Positions 59,379 through 64,000 of a DNA stretch of 64,000 nucleotides are shown here, piece after piece. Position 1 is the stretch's first letter; each line of letters begins with the position of its first letter. The notes beneath the pieces are model-generated. The model did not search any database, had not been told where the DNA came from, and worked only from the letters and a program-made list of their open reading frames with translations. The position numbers and the translations under genes are program-made. This DNA comes from an uncultured Pseudomonadota bacterium (GTDB lineage: Bacteria; Pseudomonadota; Alphaproteobacteria; RF32; CAG-239): the NCBI GenBank assembly GCA_949295005.1, contig CASFJL010000003.1, forward strand, positions 1,118 through 65,117. The letters run 5' to 3'.

Positions 59379-60134
59379 CTATTTTAAGAACATTTGAAGA
59401 GCATTTTCATAATATTGGCAAAACCATATTATGATTGTTGATAAGGTGATAAATACCAATCCGATGCCTAAATAAATTTGCAATGGCATGGATAAGAAAA
59501 ATATATTTAACTGAGGCATTAATCTTGATAAAAGCCCCATTCCAACATAAAAAATTATTGAAAATGCTACAAAAGGAGAACCTAATTTAAAGCCTATGAT
59601 AAAGCTTTGGTTTATGGTCTGAGAAATTGTGTTGGCAATGTCTTCGGTAATAATATTGCTACCGGCCGGCAAAATGGCGTAACTCTCTATGGCGGCGCTT
59701 ATCATAAGGTGGTGTAGGTTGGTGATGAATATGATGGTTAAAGCTGTTAAACTTAAAAAAGTGTTGATGATTATTGATTGTTGTTTGAATGCCGGATCAA
59801 ACATTTGCGCGTTGGAAAAACCTATGGCTTGACCGGCTAAATTGCCCCCTAAATCTATGGCAAACATTAATATTTGCATAAATATTCCTATAAATATACC
59901 GTAGGTAATCTCTATTAAAAACATAGATAAATTATTGCCAAAGCTAGTGCTGATGGGGGGTAATTTATCTCCTATGACAGGAATTAATATAAAACTGATG
60001 CTTAAGGCTATGCATAGGCGAAACTTGGTGCCAACATACCCCGCTGAAAAACCGGGCATGAGCATCATGGCACTGCCAAATCTTAAAACAATTAATAAAA
60101 ATTTGTATAGTTCTATATTTAATAGTTGATGCAT
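59379..60134 (-). CDS. fliR: Flagellar export apparatus protein FliR
   Basis: 251-aa polytopic protein with a FliR-like pattern (LRFGSAMMLMPGF...), located between fliQ and flhB. Confidence 0.9.
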   Translation of the reverse strand: MHQLLNIELYKFLLIVLRFGSAMMLMPGFSAGYVGTKFRLCIALSISFILIPVIGDKLPPISTSFGNNLSMFLIEITYGIFIGIFMQILMFAIDLGGNLAGQAIGFSNAQMFDPAFKQQSIIINTFLSLTALTIIFITNLHHLMISAAIESYAILPAGSNIITEDIANTISQTINQSFIIGFKLGSPFVAFSIIFYVGMGLLSRLMPQLNIFFLSMPLQIYLGIGLVFITLSTIIIWFCQYYENALQMFLK

Positions 60135-60136
60135 CT

Positions 60137-60403
60137 TTATCCGCCGTTTGCTATTTTATCAAATAGGCCATCTGTTAATGTTTTCATTTGATTTAGCATA
60201 AAGGGAAATAAAATAATGATTGTGGCAAAAACTCCAATAATTTTTGGAACAAAAGCCAAGGTCATTTCTTGAATTTGGGTTAAGGCTTGAAAAATACCAA
60301 TAATTAAACCAATAAATAATGCTACCAATAAAACTGGTGTTACCACTTTTAACAATGTAAACACCGCGTCTCTTGCAATCTCTAAAACTTCTAATTCATT
60401 CAT
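60137..60403 (-). CDS. fliQ: Flagellar export apparatus protein FliQ
   Basis: 88 aa with two TM segments and LLVALFIGLIIGIFQALTQIQEMTLAFVPK, the FliQ signature. Confidence 0.92.
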   Translation of the reverse strand: MNELEVLEIARDAVFTLLKVVTPVLLVALFIGLIIGIFQALTQIQEMTLAFVPKIIGVFATIIILFPFMLNQMKTLTDGLFDKIANGG

Positions 60404-60412
60404 TTTTTTACC

Positions 60413-61480
60413 TTATTCCAATGGGGTTAATTTTTCATAATATTCATAGTTTTCTACCCCGCTTAAAAAAGCGCCGTCAAAACCTAAGTCGACAATTCCT
60501 TTAAAATGTTTTGATAATAGTTTTTGCCATTGCGGGTGCCAATATTGCGTTATAATTCCTTGAGAATCTACAAATGATGCTCGTTTTAACCATTCCGGAG
60601 AACCAATTTTCCAACCTTTTTGCCAATAAAATTTGGTAGAATCTGCTTCGCTGATATTTATTCCGGCATAAACTTTTCTTAACGCTCCGTTTTTTTTGTA
60701 TTTTAAATGATTAATATCTTCTTTGGTGAGGGGTTTTTGTTGGAAAAACGGTGAAATAACAATTATATCAAAATTAGAATTGTCAATTTCTTTTAAAAAG
60801 TCATATTTTGTTTTGAATTTTGATGTGTCTAACAAAAAAGCAATATTTTTGGCATTTGATAGTTTTTCAATATTATCAGCGTTTATTTTATCATTGGTAT
60901 TGTGTTTTAATTTTTTAAATGCGCTAGCCTCATCTTGAATTTGATAACTTATAATTTGTGGTGCAGAATTTTTTGACAAAGTACAAGTCTCAATACTGAT
61001 GAGTTGTTTGTTTGCCGGAATTTTATCTGAGCGTTGTTCACATAAATAATTGTTCAAAACAACACCGTCTATTTTTTTTATGTAGTCTTCTTTTAAGTTT
61101 TTAAAATTTTTGCTATGTATATTTTCATCATTTGATAACAAGCTGTCATTGTCTATTGAATAGCCATATTTTCTTGAATGGTTATAATCATTAAGATGAT
61201 ATTCCCATATATCATCTTGCAAAAGCGGGGAGCCTTCATGCACCAAAATTTCAAAACGTGGATTTTTTTGTTTGGCAAAATCTGAAAGCATTATTACATT
61301 TTCACGCATTAAATCTCTATAATTTAGTATATATTCAGGAAAATCAACAGATTGGCTGTTTAGTTCCTGTTTTGTATATGGATTTGCTTGCGTAAAACCA
61401 TACAACCCCGCATTTGCATTGAAAGCGAGCAAATTTGAAATAATACTCAATCCTATTAATATGGAATTTTTATGTAACAA
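60413..61480 (-). CDS. Secreted protein, tentatively a GH114/TM1410-like putative glycoside hydrolase
   Basis: Signal peptide (LSIISNLLAFNANA). The C-terminal DIIVISPF...LRKVYAGINISEADSTKFYWQKGW...YWHPQWQKLL...IVDLGFDGAFLSGVENYEYY follows the (aY.siGEae..r.YW...yW.p.W...GfDGv.lD.vd.y) pattern of that family. Confidence 0.45.
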   Translation of the reverse strand: MLHKNSILIGLSIISNLLAFNANAGLYGFTQANPYTKQELNSQSVDFPEYILNYRDLMRENVIMLSDFAKQKNPRFEILVHEGSPLLQDDIWEYHLNDYNHSRKYGYSIDNDSLLSNDENIHSKNFKNLKEDYIKKIDGVVLNNYLCEQRSDKIPANKQLISIETCTLSKNSAPQIISYQIQDEASAFKKLKHNTNDKINADNIEKLSNAKNIAFLLDTSKFKTKYDFLKEIDNSNFDIIVISPFFQQKPLTKEDINHLKYKKNGALRKVYAGINISEADSTKFYWQKGWKIGSPEWLKRASFVDSQGIITQYWHPQWQKLLSKHFKGIVDLGFDGAFLSGVENYEYYEKLTPLE

Positions 61481-63089
61481 TATCTGCCTCTTTTTTATCT
61501 GTTCTTTCGGTAATCTCGGCTATTTCCATTGCAATTGCCAACAAGTTATCAAGCATTTGTCTTGGGTTTTTATCTAATTCTGTTTTACTGAATTTTTCAA
61601 GATAAACGCGTAAGGTGGCGCCGCTGCTTCCCGTGCCCGATAATCTGTATACAATTCTTGAACCGTCTTTAAATTTGACTATTAAGCCGTTTTTTGTAGA
61701 GCTTTTATCAACAGGGTCATTATAGATAAACGGATGTGCCTCTGAAACTTCAAAATTATCAAAAATTTTGCCTTCAAGCTTGGGTAATCTAGCTTCAAGA
61801 TCTTGCATCAATTTATCTGCAACAGACGTATCCAATCCTTCAAAATCAAATCTTAAATAATAGCTTCTGCCATATTTTTTCCAGTGCTCACGCGTAATTT
61901 CTTCTACACTCTTACCTGTTTTGGCAATAATGCTTAACCAATATAATATGGCCCAGATTCCATCTTTTTCTCTGATATGGTTGGAGCCTGTGCCAAAACT
62001 CTCTTCTCCGCATAGGGTTATGCGTTTGGAATCCATTAAGTTTACAAAATATTTCCAGCCGGTTGGTACTTCATAGTAGGGGAGATTGTGCTCTTTTGCC
62101 ACTCTTTGTACAGCAGTGGAGGTTGGGCAAGATTTTGCAACACCGTAAATTCCATTTTTATAGGCTGGTATTATGCTATAATAATCGGTTAAAATTGCAA
62201 GAGAATCACTTGGAGAAACAAAAAAGTTTCTGCCTAATATCATGTTGCGGTCTCCATCACCATCATTGGCAGCTCCAAAATCCGGTGAGTTTGGATTGTT
62301 CATAATATTCAATAATTCTGTAGCGTAGGTCAAATTTGGATCCGGATGCTTGCCGCCAAAATCAGGCAGTGGTTGACTGTTTATTACCGTTCCTTTTTTT
62401 GCGCCTAAGATATCTTCAAAAATGCGAATCGCATATGGACCGGTAACTGCATTAAAAGCATCAAACTTCATGCTGAAACCTTTTTGAAAAAGTTGTTTTA
62501 AGGCATCAAAGTCAAAAATATTTTGCATCATTTCAACATAGTCTGATACCGAATCAATAACTTCAATTTGCATATCACCCAGTTTGAAATTGCCGATTTT
62601 GCTCAAATCTATATCTGCTGATTCATAAATTTTATATTCAGTGATTTGTTTTGTGCTTTCATATATCTTATCGCTGATAGATGTGGGGATTTGACCTCCG
62701 GTTTCATTGGCATATTTTACACCAAAATCTCCGTCTATACCGCCGGGGTTGTGAGAGGCGGAGAACACAAAACCTCCGTCTGTTTTATATTTGAGTAATA
62801 TGTTTGATGATGCCGGAGTTGATAAAAAGCCATTTTGACCAATAATTAATTTTGAGACGCCGTTGGCTGCTGCCATTTTGATAAACTGCTGTATGGCTTT
62901 GTCATTATAATAGCGTCCGTCTCCGCCAACAACAAAAACTTTTCCGGCCAAATTGCCTATAGTATTAAAAATGCTTTGAATAAAATTTTCAAAATAATGG
63001 GGCTGCATCATCACTTTTGTTTTTTTGCGCAAACCGCCAGTTCCCATTTTTTGATCTGAATATGGTTTTGTTTGGACTATTTTTAACAT
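61470..63089 (-). CDS. pgm: Phosphoglucomutase (alpha-D-glucose phosphate-specific)
   Basis: MLKIVQTKPYSDQKMGTGGLRKK, the active-site phosphoserine motif SASHNPGG, the metal loop DGDGDRN, and GEESFG. The ATG at 63089 is preferred to the ORF-track start. Confidence 0.93.
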   Translation of the reverse strand: MLKIVQTKPYSDQKMGTGGLRKKTKVMMQPHYFENFIQSIFNTIGNLAGKVFVVGGDGRYYNDKAIQQFIKMAAANGVSKLIIGQNGFLSTPASSNILLKYKTDGGFVFSASHNPGGIDGDFGVKYANETGGQIPTSISDKIYESTKQITEYKIYESADIDLSKIGNFKLGDMQIEVIDSVSDYVEMMQNIFDFDALKQLFQKGFSMKFDAFNAVTGPYAIRIFEDILGAKKGTVINSQPLPDFGGKHPDPNLTYATELLNIMNNPNSPDFGAANDGDGDRNMILGRNFFVSPSDSLAILTDYYSIIPAYKNGIYGVAKSCPTSTAVQRVAKEHNLPYYEVPTGWKYFVNLMDSKRITLCGEESFGTGSNHIREKDGIWAILYWLSIIAKTGKSVEEITREHWKKYGRSYYLRFDFEGLDTSVADKLMQDLEARLPKLEGKIFDNFEVSEAHPFIYNDPVDKSSTKNGLIVKFKDGSRIVYRLSGTGSSGATLRVYLEKFSKTELDKNPRQMLDNLLAIAMEIAEITERTDKKEADIVT

Positions 63090-63182
63090 TCTTGCCTCCA
63101 TTATCTTGTTGTTTGATATAAACATATCATTTTCATTAATAAAGACAAGTGTTCATTGAACTTATCTACTTATAAAATAAAT

Positions 63183-63995
63183 TCAATTTTCTGGTGAAAT
63201 AAATTCTACCAAAGCATTTATTTCTCTTTTTGCGGCTATATGAGAAACGCTCATTTTGTATTTTAATTCTGGTTGCCCCATATCTAAAACCGTTAATCCT
63301 TCTAAGAACAATTCTTTGTATATTACTCTGTCTTTTAAGCCAGAAAATAACCTAAAACCATATAGTTTTGAGAGTTTTTCCAATTGTGAAAATACGGCAA
63401 TCTTGTTTTTAGAATTGTAGCTGGATAGTTTGTTGCCACTAACAATCCAATTTAAATACGGCTTGCCCTGAGAAGCTAAAAACTTTTTTACATCCCATAT
63501 GAAATTTGAATAATGTCCTGGTTTTAATACCCTATCTGTTTGGTAATCAATTTCTGCAATTACATTTAAATCTATCAAGCTGTCTGAAATAGGGGTGATT
63601 ACCGTATCTGCATATTTATGAGCTTCATCAAATAAATAATTTTTTGTTCCGGGAGTGTCTATGATTATGGCATCAAAACTATTTTGTCTTTGCTTGATTT
63701 GCGCACCAAAAGCTTCTCTTGCTTGCGCTTGCAAATAGGGGTTGTCTTCAGGAATGATTTTGCAATGATCCGGAATCGGCAAACTTAAATTTTTATCTTC
63801 CTTAAATCTTCTTCTGTTTTCTATATATTTTGATAAACTTCCCTGACGTCCGTCTAAATCAAATGTAGCTACACTAAAACCTTCTTGCATTAGTTTTATG
63901 GCTAAATGCATTGATATTGTTGATTTTCCTGTTCCGCCCTTTTCATTGCTGATAACAATTATATGGGCTCTTTTTTGTTCTGTTTCTTGTGTCAT
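63183..63995 (-). CDS. mipZ: ParA-like division-plane positioning ATPase MipZ
   Basis: HIIVISNEKGGTGKSTISMHLAIKLMQEGFSVATFDLDGRQGSLSKYIENRR closely parallels the Caulobacter MipZ N-terminus (deviant Walker A plus DLDxRQ...ENRR). The length is 270 aa. Confidence 0.85.
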   Translation of the reverse strand: MTQETEQKRAHIIVISNEKGGTGKSTISMHLAIKLMQEGFSVATFDLDGRQGSLSKYIENRRRFKEDKNLSLPIPDHCKIIPEDNPYLQAQAREAFGAQIKQRQNSFDAIIIDTPGTKNYLFDEAHKYADTVITPISDSLIDLNVIAEIDYQTDRVLKPGHYSNFIWDVKKFLASQGKPYLNWIVSGNKLSSYNSKNKIAVFSQLEKLSKLYGFRLFSGLKDRVIYKELFLEGLTVLDMGQPELKYKMSVSHIAAKREINALVEFISPEN

Positions 63996-64000
63996 TAGAG

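Noticed and set aside
1-64000. CRISPR arrays, tRNA/rRNA/tmRNA/RNase P/SRP RNA genes, integrases, transposases, and phage or toxin-antitoxin modules.
   Set aside because: All intergenic spacers are under ~280 bp and AT-rich, containing at most terminator hairpins. No repeat-spacer periodicity, cloverleaf-like GC-rich segments or recombinase/transposase motifs were seen in any ORF translation.

Overview
This is a visibly AT-rich bacterial chromosomal segment. About 58 protein-coding genes are tightly packed. I found no rRNA, tRNA, CRISPR array, integrase or transposase. GcrA, a CckA-type hybrid histidine kinase, HdaA and MipZ occur together, which marks it as an alphaproteobacterium. The AT-richness and many lineage-specific orphan ORFs would fit a host-associated Rickettsiales- or Holosporales-like lineage, but that is inference only. 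Most of the window is housekeeping: uvrB, uvrA, ssb, gyrA, rarA, recX, hslO, truA, rluC-like, rpoZ-spoT-acpS-lepB-lepB-rnc-era, pgm, a PiT/DUF47 phosphate uptake pair, crcB and acyP. Three separate flagellar loci are interleaved: fliL-fliM plus three uncharacterised genes, motA-motB, and fliQ-fliR-flhB. The most unusual content is as follows. (1) A 990-aa protein has a type IV pilin-like (class III) signal peptide and is co-transcribed with a Cys-rich membrane-anchored partner, with no pilus machinery nearby. (2) An orphan, very AT-rich VirD4/TraG-like coupling protein has atypical nucleotide-binding motifs and sits directly downstream of a pentapeptide-repeat protein. (3) Uncharacterised secreted and membrane proteins, including a 958-aa TPR-like protein, are embedded in the fliLM operon. 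(4) A 74-aa protein looks like the N-terminal domain of ribosomal stalk protein bL12 fused to a basic tail. (5) Cell-cycle regulators are physically coupled to flagellar genes: gcrA-motAB, and flhB overlapping cckA. (6) A COG0701/ArsP-like permease in an ArsR/thioredoxin-like cluster is split by a one-nucleotide change in a T-run. All family assignments come from reading motifs in the supplied translations. No database search was run, and start codons are best guesses.
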